Shown here: piece after piece, positions 38,312 to 49,647 of the stretch | How the letters are laid out: each line of letters opens with the position of its first letter | Position numbering within the stretch: position 1 is the stretch's first letter | Source of the DNA: Occultella glacieicola | GTDB lineage: Bacteria > Actinomycetota > Actinomycetes > Actinomycetales > Beutenbergiaceae | Direction: 5' to 3' | Length of the DNA: 64,000 bases | Assembly (NCBI RefSeq): GCF_004353825.1 | Contig: NZ_SMNA01000005.1 | Location: 62,001-126,000 of the forward strand | Notes under the pieces: generated by a model | What the model was told of the DNA's origin: nothing | Seen by the model: the letters and a program-made list of their open reading frames with translations, nothing else | Database searches by the model: none | Program-made: the position numbers and the translations under genes

Positions 38312-38797
38312 TCACGGTTCTCCGCCCTCCGGCTCCGTCACGTCCGCGACCTCGGCGGACAGCACGCGGATGGCGTCGTCGCCGGCCACGGTCGCGGCGA
38401 CTCCGAACGCCCCGCCGCCGATGGAGACCCGACGCCCGGCGACCCGCAGGTCGGCGATCACCGGCCACGCGGTGCTCGCACCGAACGGGGTGATCGTGCC
38501 GCGCTCGTACCCGGTGACCTCGAGGGCCTTCGAAGCGTCCGGCATCGAGAGCCGGTTCACGCCGAGCAGGGTGCGCAGCTTCGGCCACGAGATCGTGCGG
38601 TCACCGGGCACGAGCACGAACAGGTAGTCGCCCGAGCCCCGCCGCACCACCATGGTCTTGACGATGTCGCCCGGTCGGACGCCGCGAGCCTCGGCCGCCT
38701 CGGCGAGCGAGCCGACCCTGCCGTGGCTGGTCACCGTGAACGGGATGCCGGCGGCCTCGAGTGCCTCGATCGCCGGTGTGCGCGGGGTGTCCGTCAT
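38312..38797 (-). CDS. YbaK/EbsC family aminoacyl-tRNA deacylase
   Basis: IVKTMVV, TGYERGTITPFG, SIGGG; TACAGT -10 six nt before ATG. Confidence 0.88.
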   Translation of the reverse strand: MTDTPRTPAIEALEAAGIPFTVTSHGRVGSLAEAAEARGVRPGDIVKTMVVRRGSGDYLFVLVPGDRTISWPKLRTLLGVNRLSMPDASKALEVTGYERGTITPFGASTAWPVIADLRVAGRRVSIGGGAFGVAATVAGDDAIRVLSAEVADVTEPEGGEP

Positions 38798-39654
38798 CGG
38801 CTCACTGTATCCGCGTCCCCCGTCGCGGCCGGGCCGACGGCGTCCCGCACCTGCGCGAGGAGCACCTCGGCCCGGTCGATGGCTGCCGCCAGACCACGCG
38901 GGCCGACCTCGCCGAACAGGTGGTGGGCGCGGGTCGCGAAGTCCGGCGGTGCCCCGGGCAGCCGGCCCGCCGCCTCGATCGCGCCCTTCTCGTTGACGAG
39001 CCATCGTCCGGCGTGGGCGTGCAGCGCGTGGGCGCACAGGCCGAGCGCCCGGAACAGACAGCCGGCCACGTAGGTGGCGTCACCGCGCGAGGCACCCTTG
39101 CGGGCGCCGCCGAGGATGAAGCCGGCCTCCCACAACCCGGCGACGACGGCGCGGGTCAGGGCGGGCGGGTAGCGCCGGTACCGCTCGCGCAGCTCGGTCA
39201 GGACCCCGGTGGGGTCGGCGAGCACCCGGCCGAGCGCCACCTCACCCGGGTACGCGAGTTCCGGCACGCCGAGCGGGTGCCCGGCCTGGACGTGGAATGC
39301 GTGCCGCCCGGCCACGGCGCCGGCCCAGCAGTCCTCGACCCGGTCCAGGTCGCGGTAGATCCAGTCGACGGCGACGCCGTCGAGATCGAGCCAGCCTCCG
39401 CCGTCGACCCATGGACCCCAGCCACCGTGCTCGGTGACGTCGATCTCCCGGCCCGAGAGCCTGCCGGCCAGGTCGCGCAGCGACGCGATGTCGACCCGTG
39501 CCCGGCTCCCGCGGTAGTACAGGCCGAGGTCCACGTCGGAGTCGGCGCGATGCTCACCGCGGGCCCGGCTGCCGCCGAGGAGGACACCGATCACCCCGGG
39601 CACCGCGACCAGTTCGGTGGCGATCGTGCGCAGTCGCGGGTCGTCGAGAGCCAT
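38794..39654 (-). CDS. Pol-beta-type nucleotidyltransferase with helical C-terminal (DUF4037-like) domain
   Basis: LGGSRARGEHRADSDVDLGLYY, WGPWVDGGGW, VDWIYRD, NEKG. Confidence 0.82.
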   Translation of the reverse strand: MALDDPRLRTIATELVAVPGVIGVLLGGSRARGEHRADSDVDLGLYYRGSRARVDIASLRDLAGRLSGREIDVTEHGGWGPWVDGGGWLDLDGVAVDWIYRDLDRVEDCWAGAVAGRHAFHVQAGHPLGVPELAYPGEVALGRVLADPTGVLTELRERYRRYPPALTRAVVAGLWEAGFILGGARKGASRGDATYVAGCLFRALGLCAHALHAHAGRWLVNEKGAIEAAGRLPGAPPDFATRAHHLFGEVGPRGLAAAIDRAEVLLAQVRDAVGPAATGDADTVSR

Positions 39655-39721
39655 GGTCCTCATTGTCCGCACGGCGTCGACCCCGGCGCAGCCGGGCGCA
39701 CCCGTCGACGTAGCATGAGGC

Positions 39722-40327
39722 GTGCGCACGCCGAGCAAATGGGAACAGAAGGTCCAGCAGAACCCCGATCACTCGCACTGGTACGTGCAGCGGTTCCGCG
39801 CCATGGCCGCCCAGGGGGCCGATCTCGCCGGTGAGGCCCGGCTGATCGACGCCATGGCGAGCCGTGGTTCGAGGATCCTCGACGCCGGCTGCGGCCCGGG
39901 GCGGGTGGGGGCGTTCCTGGCCGACGCCGGTCACACGGTCGTCGGCGTGGACGTGGACCCGGTGCTCATCGAGGCCGCCGAGGCCGACCACCCGGGGCCG
40001 ACCTGGCTGGTCGGCGACCTCGCCGAGCTCGACCTCCCGACGGCGGGGGTCACCGAGGGCTTCGACGTGATCGTCTGCGCCGGGAACGTCATGACCTTCC
40101 TCGCCCCGGGCACGGAGGTCGAGGTCCTGCGCCGGTTCCGTGGACACCTGAACGACGGCGGACGCGCCGTGGTCGGGTTCGGCGCCGGGCGCGGGTACGA
40201 CTTCGAGACGTTCCGCACCGACGTCTCGACCGCCGGCCTGGCCGCCGACTCCCTGTTCTCCACCTGGGATCTGCGTCCCTTCACCACGGACTCGGACTTC
40301 ATCGTCGCGGTCCTGGCCCGCCGCTGA
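39722..40327 (+). CDS. Class I SAM-dependent methyltransferase
   Basis: ILDAGCGPGRVG, GVDVD, FDVIVCAGNV. Confidence 0.88.
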   Translation: MRTPSKWEQKVQQNPDHSHWYVQRFRAMAAQGADLAGEARLIDAMASRGSRILDAGCGPGRVGAFLADAGHTVVGVDVDPVLIEAAEADHPGPTWLVGDLAELDLPTAGVTEGFDVIVCAGNVMTFLAPGTEVEVLRRFRGHLNDGGRAVVGFGAGRGYDFETFRTDVSTAGLAADSLFSTWDLRPFTTDSDFIVAVLARR

Positions 40328-40438
40328 CCCTCGCCACCCGCCCCCACCCGGGCCCGGCACCCAGCCGAACGCGCTGTTTCCGCTGGTTGCCAACCGGTTG
40401 AAACGTTGTCACCGCGCGTTCGGCGGCCTCGCGGGGGG

Positions 40439-40801
40439 TCACTTGCCGGAGGCGGCCTCGATGACCTCGTCGAGAACCGCCCGGGACGACGCGAGCTGCG
40501 CGATCCTGGCTTCGATCCGGGCCCGCTCACCGAGCAGTGTCTCCACCAGGCTCGGCGTCGCGACGGCCGCCGGGCCGCCGTCGCTGTCCCGCATGCACGG
40601 CAGCACGTCCGCGATCGTGCGGCTGGACAGACCGGCCGCGAACAGCTCCTGGATGTGGATCACCCGATCGACCGCGCTCTCGGCGAACTCGCGGTGCCCG
40701 CCGGACGTGCGGTGAGCGTCGAGCAGGCCCTGCTCCTCGTAGTAGCGCAGCGACCGCTCGCTCACGGCGGTCCGACGCGCCAATTCTCCGATCCGCATCA
40801 T
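40439..40801 (-). CDS. MerR-family transcriptional regulator
   Basis: MRIGELARRTAVSERSLRYYEEQGLL; single Cys (LPC). Confidence 0.92.
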   Translation of the reverse strand: MMRIGELARRTAVSERSLRYYEEQGLLDAHRTSGGHREFAESAVDRVIHIQELFAAGLSSRTIADVLPCMRDSDGGPAAVATPSLVETLLGERARIEARIAQLASSRAVLDEVIEAASGK

Positions 40802-40844
40802 GTCCCCGATCTCCTGAACCTGACGGCGCCGAGGCCTCGAGCAC

Positions 40845-40876
40845 TTGAATCTGACATCAATGTGAGGTCCTACGGT
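40845..40876 (+). promoter_or_regulatory. MerR-type promoter with long spacer and dyad
   Basis: TTGAAT-N20-TACGGT; spacer holds CTGACAT-ca-ATGTGAG dyad; 6 nt to ATG 40883. Confidence 0.8.
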
Positions 40877-40882
40877 TCCGGC

Positions 40883-41974
40883 ATGTCGAACGACCTGCTC
40901 CTACGACCCTATTCCCGCGGCCGGCTGCAGCTGCCGAACCGGCTCGTGATGGCACCGATGACCCGCTACCGCGCCGCCGAGGACGGCACCCCACTGCCGA
41001 TCGTCGCCGACTACTACGCCCAGCGCGCGTCGGCTGGCCTGATCGTCAGCGAGGGGATCTACCCCGAGCGGCGCGGCCAGAGCGGGTGGCGGGTGCCGGG
41101 GCTGACGGACGCCGAGCATGTGGCCGGCTGGCGCCGGGTCACGGACGCGGTCCATGCCCACGGCGGACGGATCTGGGCCCAGCTCATGCACGGCGGCCGC
41201 AACGGGCATCCGCTCGCCGGCCTGGCCGGTGACCTGCCGCTCGCACCCAGTGCGGTGCCCGCCGCTGCGTCGGTGCACCTGCCGGACGGCACCAGGGCGG
41301 CCCCGGTGATGCCCCGGGTGATGACCGAGGCCGACATCGCGAGCACCGTTGCCGCGTACGCCCGCTCCGCCCGGCTCGCGATCGACGCCGGCTTCGACGG
41401 GGTCGAGTTGCACGGCGCCAACAACTACCTGATCCACCAGTTCCTCGCCGACAACACGAACCTGCGCACCGACGGATACGGCGGCCGACCACGGGAGCGG
41501 GCGCGGTTCGCGCTCGAGGTGACCTCCGCCGTCGCCCATGAGATCGGCGCGCACCGCACCGCCATCCGACTCTCCCCGGGCAACCCGCAGTTCGGGATCG
41601 TCGAGGCGGACCCGGGGCCCGTCTACCGGCCCCTCGTGGACCGGCTCGACCGCCTCGGCCTTGCCTACCTGCATCTGACCGAGGCCGATGACTACCCGGC
41701 GCTGGCGGACCTGCGTCCGCGCTGGCACGGCACCCTGATCGCGAACGTCGGCGAGAACCGCGACCAGACCACCCGGGACGCAGGCGAACAGGTGCTGCGG
41801 GCCGGTCTCGCGGACCTGGTCTCCTATGGCCGCGCGTTCCTGGCGAACCCGGACCTGCCGGCCCGGTTCGCGCTCCGGGCACCCCTGAACCCGATCGAGC
41901 AGGCGCACCTGTACACCCCGGGTGCCCGCGGATACCTGGACTACCCGGCCCTGGTCACGGAGGGGCTCAGCTAG
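40883..41974 (+). CDS. Old yellow enzyme family alkene reductase (NemA-like)
   Basis: NRLVMAPMTR, YYAQRAS, QLMHGGR, GFDGVELHGANNYL, GRAFLANPDL. Confidence 0.92.
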   Translation: MSNDLLLRPYSRGRLQLPNRLVMAPMTRYRAAEDGTPLPIVADYYAQRASAGLIVSEGIYPERRGQSGWRVPGLTDAEHVAGWRRVTDAVHAHGGRIWAQLMHGGRNGHPLAGLAGDLPLAPSAVPAAASVHLPDGTRAAPVMPRVMTEADIASTVAAYARSARLAIDAGFDGVELHGANNYLIHQFLADNTNLRTDGYGGRPRERARFALEVTSAVAHEIGAHRTAIRLSPGNPQFGIVEADPGPVYRPLVDRLDRLGLAYLHLTEADDYPALADLRPRWHGTLIANVGENRDQTTRDAGEQVLRAGLADLVSYGRAFLANPDLPARFALRAPLNPIEQAHLYTPGARGYLDYPALVTEGLS

Positions 41975-43001
41975 TGCCGGCACGCGCCGCGGCGCTCGGG
42001 ACCGGGCGCCGGCGCGCCGAGAACAGGGCGACCGCCACCCCGGCCACCACGAGCAGCGCGGCGACGGCGCTGGCCGGGGTCATCGCGCCGCCCGGGGCGA
42101 ACGCGTTGAGGATCTCCGCGGCGATCACCTGGCCCGCGATGGTGAGCAGGGCGAGGGTCAGCACGCCGTGGACGTGGACCAGGATGGCGGCCAGGAAGAT
42201 GAAGAGCAGACCGATCAGCCCGGCGAGGTACATCCACCACTGCGTCGGCCAGGCGTGGAAGCTCTCGCCGGGGGCGATCAGGGTGGCGCACAGGAACACG
42301 AGCACCACGGTGGTGGCGAGGGTGACATTGAGTGCGGTGGACGGGACCGGCCCGGCGATCTGCGCGACCCGGCCGTTGACCGCCTGCTGGAACGCATTTC
42401 CCGCCCCACCCAGGAACGGCAGCAGCACGAGGACGACGATCTCCCACGTCGGACCGCCGTCCGTGGCGATGCCGCCGACCGATGCGACGAACACGGCGGC
42501 GATCGCGGCCGAGGCGGCGACCACCCGGGCCGCGCTGAGCGGCTGGGGTCCACCGGGTGCCAACGAGGTTCGGTCCACGACCAGCGACGCCGTGGTCTGA
42601 CCCGCCACGGCGGCGACCGCGAACAGGGCGACCCCGATCACGCTCACCGCCAGGGCCTGACTGAGCACGAAGACACCGCCGACGCAGCCCCCGACGAACG
42701 TCCACCACGGGTACGCACCGGACCGGATCGAACGCACGAGCGTGGCCACGCCACGCCGGGCCGCCGGGACCAGGAGGGCGATGACCATGATGGTGAACAG
42801 CCCACCGAGCATGGACACCGTCGCGGCCATCCCCGCGGCCCGCAGCCCGGTGCCCAGCTCAGCTCGGAAGGTGCCCGTGATCTGTGCCTGCACGGACGTC
42901 AGCCCACCGGCGACGACCATGACCGGCACGCTCGCGACGCGCACCCAGCGGGGCATGGAGGCGAAGTCGACCCCGGGCGGACGCCCGCGACCGGGCGTCA
43001 T
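41967..43001 (-). CDS. DMT-family transporter (duplicated YdcZ-like domains)
   Basis: About 10 TM; PWWTFVGG, AGQTTASLVVD, WWMYLAG, AGQVIAA; ATGA overlap with ppx. Confidence 0.8.
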   Translation of the reverse strand: MTPGRGRPPGVDFASMPRWVRVASVPVMVVAGGLTSVQAQITGTFRAELGTGLRAAGMAATVSMLGGLFTIMVIALLVPAARRGVATLVRSIRSGAYPWWTFVGGCVGGVFVLSQALAVSVIGVALFAVAAVAGQTTASLVVDRTSLAPGGPQPLSAARVVAASAAIAAVFVASVGGIATDGGPTWEIVVLVLLPFLGGAGNAFQQAVNGRVAQIAGPVPSTALNVTLATTVVLVFLCATLIAPGESFHAWPTQWWMYLAGLIGLLFIFLAAILVHVHGVLTLALLTIAGQVIAAEILNAFAPGGAMTPASAVAALLVVAGVAVALFSARRRPVPSAAARAGTS

Positions 43002-43993
43002 TCGGCATCGCGTGACGGTCCGGTGGAGGTGCCGGCAGGGCCGGGCAGGGCAGCGGACAGGGCGATGCCGTCGAGGATGTCGTGCTCGCTCGCGCGCACG
43101 TGAATTAGGTGGCGGCCGGCCGCGGCTGCCTCGGCGACCACCCGGGTGATCACCTCGCACCAGACCAGCGCACCGGCGGCGATCACGTCCACCCGGCCGG
43201 GATGCAGGTAGGGCAGCGCGGCGCGCTCACCGCGGTCCATGGTCAGCAGGCTCCGGCAAGCGGCCAGGGCCGCGGCGACGGGCAGCTCGGCACCGTCGAT
43301 GCGTTCGGGGCGGTAGCGATCCAGCCGCAGCGCGTGCGCGGTGACCGTGGTCACCGACCCGGCCACGCCGACGAGGGTGGCCACCTCGCCCAACGGCACC
43401 CTGGCCGCGGCGGCGTCCAGGGCGGCCCGGGCGTCGGCGGAGGCAGCGTCGATCTGCGCCTGGGTGGGCGGGTCGTCGCGGAGGTGACGCTCGGTCAGAC
43501 GTACCGATCCGATGTCCATCGACACGGACGCCGTCGGGCTCTCCCGCCCGAGCACCAGCTCGGTGGAGCCGCCCCCGATGTCGACGACCAGGTACGGGCC
43601 GGGGGCCTGCGCCCCGATCCCGCTGAGCACGCCGGCGAAGGAGAGCGCGGCCTCCTCGGTCCCCGAGATCACCTCGGCGGGGACACCGAGCCGGGACCGA
43701 ACGCCGTCGAGGAACTCGTCCCGGTTGGCCGCGTCGCGGGTGGCGGAGGTGGCCACGAACCGGACCGCCTCGACCCCGCGGGCGCGGCATAGCTCGGCGT
43801 AGGCCTCGGTCGCGGCGAGGGTGCGCTCCAGCGCCACCGGGTCGAACCGGCCGGTGGCGTCCACGCCCTGCCCGAGCCGGACCATCTCCAGCCGGCGGTC
43901 CACCGGGGTCAGCGTCCGACCGTCCGGGGACCGGTCGGCGATCAGCAGCCGGATGGAGTTCGTTCCGCAGTCGATGGCAGCCACACGAGTCAC
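42998..43993 (-). CDS. ppx: Ppx/GppA-family exopolyphosphatase
   Basis: AAIDCGTNSIRL, ATSATRDA, ISGTEEA, DIGGGSTE, GSVRLTER. Confidence 0.93.
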   Translation of the reverse strand: MTRVAAIDCGTNSIRLLIADRSPDGRTLTPVDRRLEMVRLGQGVDATGRFDPVALERTLAATEAYAELCRARGVEAVRFVATSATRDAANRDEFLDGVRSRLGVPAEVISGTEEAALSFAGVLSGIGAQAPGPYLVVDIGGGSTELVLGRESPTASVSMDIGSVRLTERHLRDDPPTQAQIDAASADARAALDAAAARVPLGEVATLVGVAGSVTTVTAHALRLDRYRPERIDGAELPVAAALAACRSLLTMDRGERAALPYLHPGRVDVIAAGALVWCEVITRVVAEAAAAGRHLIHVRASEHDILDGIALSAALPGPAGTSTGPSRDAE

Positions 43994-44018
43994 CTGCACA
44001 GGATCCCACCTCCCGGGG

Positions 44019-44528
44019 TCAACAGGTGCAGCGGTCCGGTCTCCAGACATCGGCGATCAGCGCGAGTGCCTCGTCGCCGAGCGGGTTCACGCCCGGGCCG
44101 GCGGCGAGGGCGTGCGCCACGAGCACGTGCAGGCACTTCACCCGGATGGGCATGCCCCCGGCGGAGATGCCCTCGATCTCGGGCACCTCGCCGAGCTCGG
44201 CCCGCTGGGCCAGGTAGTGCTCGTGAGCGCGGGTGTGAGCGGCGGCGAGGTCCGGATCCTCGTCGAGCCGCTGCGACATCTCCCGCATCACGCCGCCGGC
44301 CTCGAGGGTGCTCACGGCCGCGACGGCGCCCGGGCTGGTCAGGTAGTACGTCGTCGGGAACGGTGTGCCGTCCTCGAGGCGTGGGGCGGTGCGGACCACG
44401 GTCGGGCGTGCGCAGACGCACCGGGCGGCCACGGCCACCACGCCACGGGCGGGTCGGCCGAGCTGCTCGGCGAGCACGGCCAGGTCCTCGGCGCTCACCG
44501 GGTCGGGAGTCACAGGCTCAGGGGTCAC
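44019..44528 (-). CDS. DUF501 family protein
   Basis: QLGR, PRLEDGTPFPTTYYLT, SAGGMP.RVKCLH, GVNPLGD. Confidence 0.92.
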   Translation of the reverse strand: MTPEPVTPDPVSAEDLAVLAEQLGRPARGVVAVAARCVCARPTVVRTAPRLEDGTPFPTTYYLTSPGAVAAVSTLEAGGVMREMSQRLDEDPDLAAAHTRAHEHYLAQRAELGEVPEIEGISAGGMPIRVKCLHVLVAHALAAGPGVNPLGDEALALIADVWRPDRCTC

Positions 44529-44547
44529 GGCACCATCATGACGGTTG

Positions 44548-45213
44548 TCAGTCGGAGACCTCGCCGGCCACCTGGACGGAGTCCCACACGGTCAGGTACC
44601 AGGGGCCGGTCGGAGGCACGCTCACGGGCCCGTCCTCGCCCGGGTCGGGGGCCGGTTCCTCGCCGGTGACCGTCTCCGGGTCCACCACCCGGTACGGGGT
44701 CTCCCCCGGCATCACGAAGCCGAGCCGGTCACGGGCCTGGGCCTGGACGTAGGCGTCGTCGTTCCACTGCTCGACGGCGCCGTTCAGGTCGGCGTTGCGC
44801 TGCTCCGCGGCGACGATCTGGGCGCTCAGCTCCCGGTGCCGCTCCTGCTGCGTGATGTAGGCGCGCAGGGTCGGGGCGAGGACGATGAAGGCCATCAGGA
44901 CCACCACGAACAGCACCAGCGTGCGCACGGTGATCTGTCGCGGCGCCTTGTGCGCCTCGGTGGTGGCGCCGCTGCGCTTCGCGGCACCGGCCCGCCGCGC
45001 CGCCGACGGCTTCGTGGCCGGCTTGGACGTCGGTTTCGACGTGGGCTTGCCAGCGCGCTTCGGGGCGGACTTCGCTCCGGTTCCCGACCCCGACGCCGTT
45101 GCGCGCGTCCCCGTGGCCCGCGCACCGCCGGTGGCGTGGCTCGAGGAGGACGGTCGCTTCGCCGTCGCCACCGACCCGCGGGCGCGCGGGGTTGCAGGGC
45201 GTCGGGGACTCAC
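44548..45213 (-). CDS. ftsB: Septum formation initiator FtsB/DivIC
   Basis: Basic N-tail, TM, coiled coil, DDAYVQAQARDRLGFVMPGE, PWY; start approximate. Confidence 0.85.
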   Translation of the reverse strand: MSPRRPATPRARGSVATAKRPSSSSHATGGARATGTRATASGSGTGAKSAPKRAGKPTSKPTSKPATKPSAARRAGAAKRSGATTEAHKAPRQITVRTLVLFVVVLMAFIVLAPTLRAYITQQERHRELSAQIVAAEQRNADLNGAVEQWNDDAYVQAQARDRLGFVMPGETPYRVVDPETVTGEEPAPDPGEDGPVSVPPTGPWYLTVWDSVQVAGEVSD

Positions 45214-45324
45214 TCCCTCATGTTCTCTCACGCCCCGGGGATTTCGGCGGAGCAGCAAGCCGTGAGTCGTGCCACGGCAGGCTAGACCTGCCCACCGACA
45301 AGCCGCCCCGGGGCTCGGCCCGCG

Positions 45325-45666
45325 GGGTGTGCGTCAGGTTTGTGGTGCCATCAGATGACGCACACCCACCTCGACCCTGGCACGCCGCACCCCAGGCCCC
45401 ACCCTCCTCCTCGCTCGCCCCAGGACCGCGACACCGTAACGGTGCGACAACGACGCGCCCGACACGTCGCGATCACACCACAAGGGACCAGAACGGGCGG
45501 GCACCGGCCGAGGGTGAAGCGGGGTGTGGCGCTGCGAGCGCGCACCACACCCCCCTATCGGGCCGAACGCACCCAGCGCCCACGACGGGTCTGATCGTGC
45601 ACAGCACGCCGGAGACACTCGCTGACCCGCACCAACGCGCTGACACCACATCCATGACGCACACCC
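45325..45666. mobile_element. Non-autonomous MITE-like element, 342 bp
   Basis: 26-bp imperfect TIRs (22/26) at 45325-45350 and 45641-45666; GCCCGCG directly repeated on both flanks (45318-45324, 45667-45673); no transposase. Confidence 0.65.
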
Positions 45667-45681
45667 GCCCGCGAACGCGAC

Positions 45682-45719
45682 GACGGCGGGCGCCCCCACG
45701 AAAGGGGACACCCGCCGTC
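45682..45719 (-). terminator. Hairpin downstream of eno
   Basis: GACGGCGGG..CCCC-loop-GGGG..CCCGCCGTC. Confidence 0.7.
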
Positions 45720-45761
45720 ATCCGTTCGGCCGGCACAGCCGGCACAGCCGGGCCTATCGGC

Positions 45762-47859
<2,098 letters not shown>

Positions 47860-47863
<4 letters not shown>

Positions 47864-48420
47864 CCGGCGACCGGGGCCTCGGGCGCGAGGATCCAGTCGG
47901 GGGTGACGGCGGCGATGCCGTTGGTCTCGGCGTCCCACTCGCCGTAGCGGGGACTCACCACGATCTCGGAGGAGGCCAGGCGCGCGTTCGCGTCGTCGAG
48001 CATGGCCTGGCCGTCGGGGCTCTGGCTGAGGTCGCCCTGCGCGAGGATCATCCGGGTCACCCGCAGGGTGTCCTCGGTGTAGTCGGCGACCGGGACGCCC
48101 TGGGCCGCCGCGGTGGCCTCGAGCACCTCCCGGGCCTGCTCGTCGGAGTAGGCGATCCCGTTCTCGGAGGTGACCTGCAGCAGATCCGGCGCCGCGATCA
48201 GCAACTGGAGCACCCGGGCGGGCTCGGGGTCCTCGGTCAGCATCGGGGAGATCTGCTCGTCGGTCGTGGCCAGCACGTTCTCCGTGATCCGGTTCCCGTC
48301 CACGACCGCGGCGGCGCCGGGGTTGATCGAGCAGGCGCTCAGGGCCAGGGCACCCACGGCCAACGATCCGGCGGTCTTGAGGAGGCGAGATGTTGTGACC
48401 ACCGAGGCGAAACCCTTCAC
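47860..48420 (-). CDS. Lipoprotein (SurA-N-like) upstream of mazG
   Basis: Lipobox LSAC, PGAAAVVDG..I, VSPRYGEW; start uncertain (48402-48450). Confidence 0.7.
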
Positions 48421-48534
48421 GTGCGAACAGAGGTAGACGAACCGGGCCATCGTATCCTCACCCCGCGCCGACTCCCCGCCGAGGGTGCCGAGATGGCAGC
48501 CAACACCGCACCCTCACCGAACGGGACCGGCCCC

Positions 48535-49506
48535 TCAGCGGTACTCGTGGGCCACGACCCTCTCGATCACGTCGACCGATTCCGGGAACAGGGTGGTCAG
48601 CAGCACGCGGTAGAACCGGGCGGTGTCCGCGCCGGTCGCGACCCGGGCGTTCGCGGTGGCGCCCGGGACGCCTGCCGTGCGGGTCACGACCGACCGGCCC
48701 TCGTGCTCGCCGTCGACGGTGATGGAGACGTCCGCCGGGACGGTCGCGATCACCGCGGGATCGAGCAGGAACGCGGCGGCCAGCGGGTCGTGCAGGTCGC
48801 AGGCCAGCCGCCCATGGGCGGCGAAGGCGACGTCGACGTAGGAACGGGTGATGGCGTGGATGAACCGGGACACCGGGGTGTCCAGGAGCCGCAGCAGTTC
48901 CCCGACGCCCGGCGCCAGGTCCGCCTGCCGGGTGGCGTCCAGGCCGACCATGATCAGGTCGGCGAACCCGGCGGAGAAGACCACATCGGCGGCCCGCGGG
49001 TCGTACCAGAGGTTGAACTCGGCCGACGGCGTCATGTTGCCGGCGCCCTCGGCCCCGCCCATCAGGACCACGGACGCGACGTTCTCCACGAACGCCGGGT
49101 CGGCCTCGACCGCCGCCGCGATGTTCGTGAGCGGACCGATCGGCAGCAGGGTCACCTCACCCGGGTGCGCGGCCGCGTGCGCGGTGAGGAAGTCGACGGC
49201 GGGGGTGTCCCGGGCGCGCATCGCCGCCGCGGTCCGGCCGAGACCGCCGAGCCCGTCGACGCCGTGCACGTCGGCACTGGGCTCGCGCCCGTCGGTGGAG
49301 GAGCGCCCGGCGCCCGGGTACACGGGCACGTCCGTGCGACCGGCGAGTTCCAGCACGGTCAGCGTATTCGCGGTGACCAGGTCGAGGTCGACGTTCCCGC
49401 CGACGGTGGTGACACCGTCGATCCGGACCGAGTCCGCCGCGCACAGCAGCAGCAACGCGATCGCGTCGTCGATCCCCGGGTCCGTGTCGATGATGATCCG
49501 CCGCAT
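48535..49506 (-). CDS. Nucleoside hydrolase (IU-NH family)
   Basis: IIDTDPGIDD, HGVDGLG, GPLTN, AEFN, LHDP; GGGAGG RBS. Confidence 0.93.
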   Translation of the reverse strand: MRRIIIDTDPGIDDAIALLLLCAADSVRIDGVTTVGGNVDLDLVTANTLTVLELAGRTDVPVYPGAGRSSTDGREPSADVHGVDGLGGLGRTAAAMRARDTPAVDFLTAHAAAHPGEVTLLPIGPLTNIAAAVEADPAFVENVASVVLMGGAEGAGNMTPSAEFNLWYDPRAADVVFSAGFADLIMVGLDATRQADLAPGVGELLRLLDTPVSRFIHAITRSYVDVAFAAHGRLACDLHDPLAAAFLLDPAVIATVPADVSITVDGEHEGRSVVTRTAGVPGATANARVATGADTARFYRVLLTTLFPESVDVIERVVAHEYR

Positions 49507-49564
49507 GAGGTGCCTCCCGGGCCGGTCCTGCGAAAGCCCCACCGTATCGGCCGGCGGACCCGAT

Positions 49565-49580
49565 TGGACGTTAGTGTCCA
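49565..49580. promoter_or_regulatory. Palindrome in the nucleoside hydrolase leader
   Basis: TGGAC-N6-GTCCA just downstream of minus-strand TAAGGT (49585-49590). Confidence 0.45.
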
Positions 49581-49604
49581 TCCCACCTTAAGATCGACCC
49601 GCTG

Positions 49605-49625
49605 TTAACGTCACACTGACCCTTA
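49605..49625. promoter_or_regulatory. NrtR box
   Basis: TTAACGTCACACTGACCCTTA: 21-bp site with GT-N7-AC core, upstream of nrtR-nadABC. Confidence 0.75.
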
Positions 49626-49647
49626 CTCATGGAGCGTGGAGGTGACC

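Noticed and set aside
45334..45711. Small ORFs inside the eno-ftsB gap as a transposase remnant
   Set aside because: No DDE, HUH or HTH motif and no coding-like codon bias; treated as non-coding.
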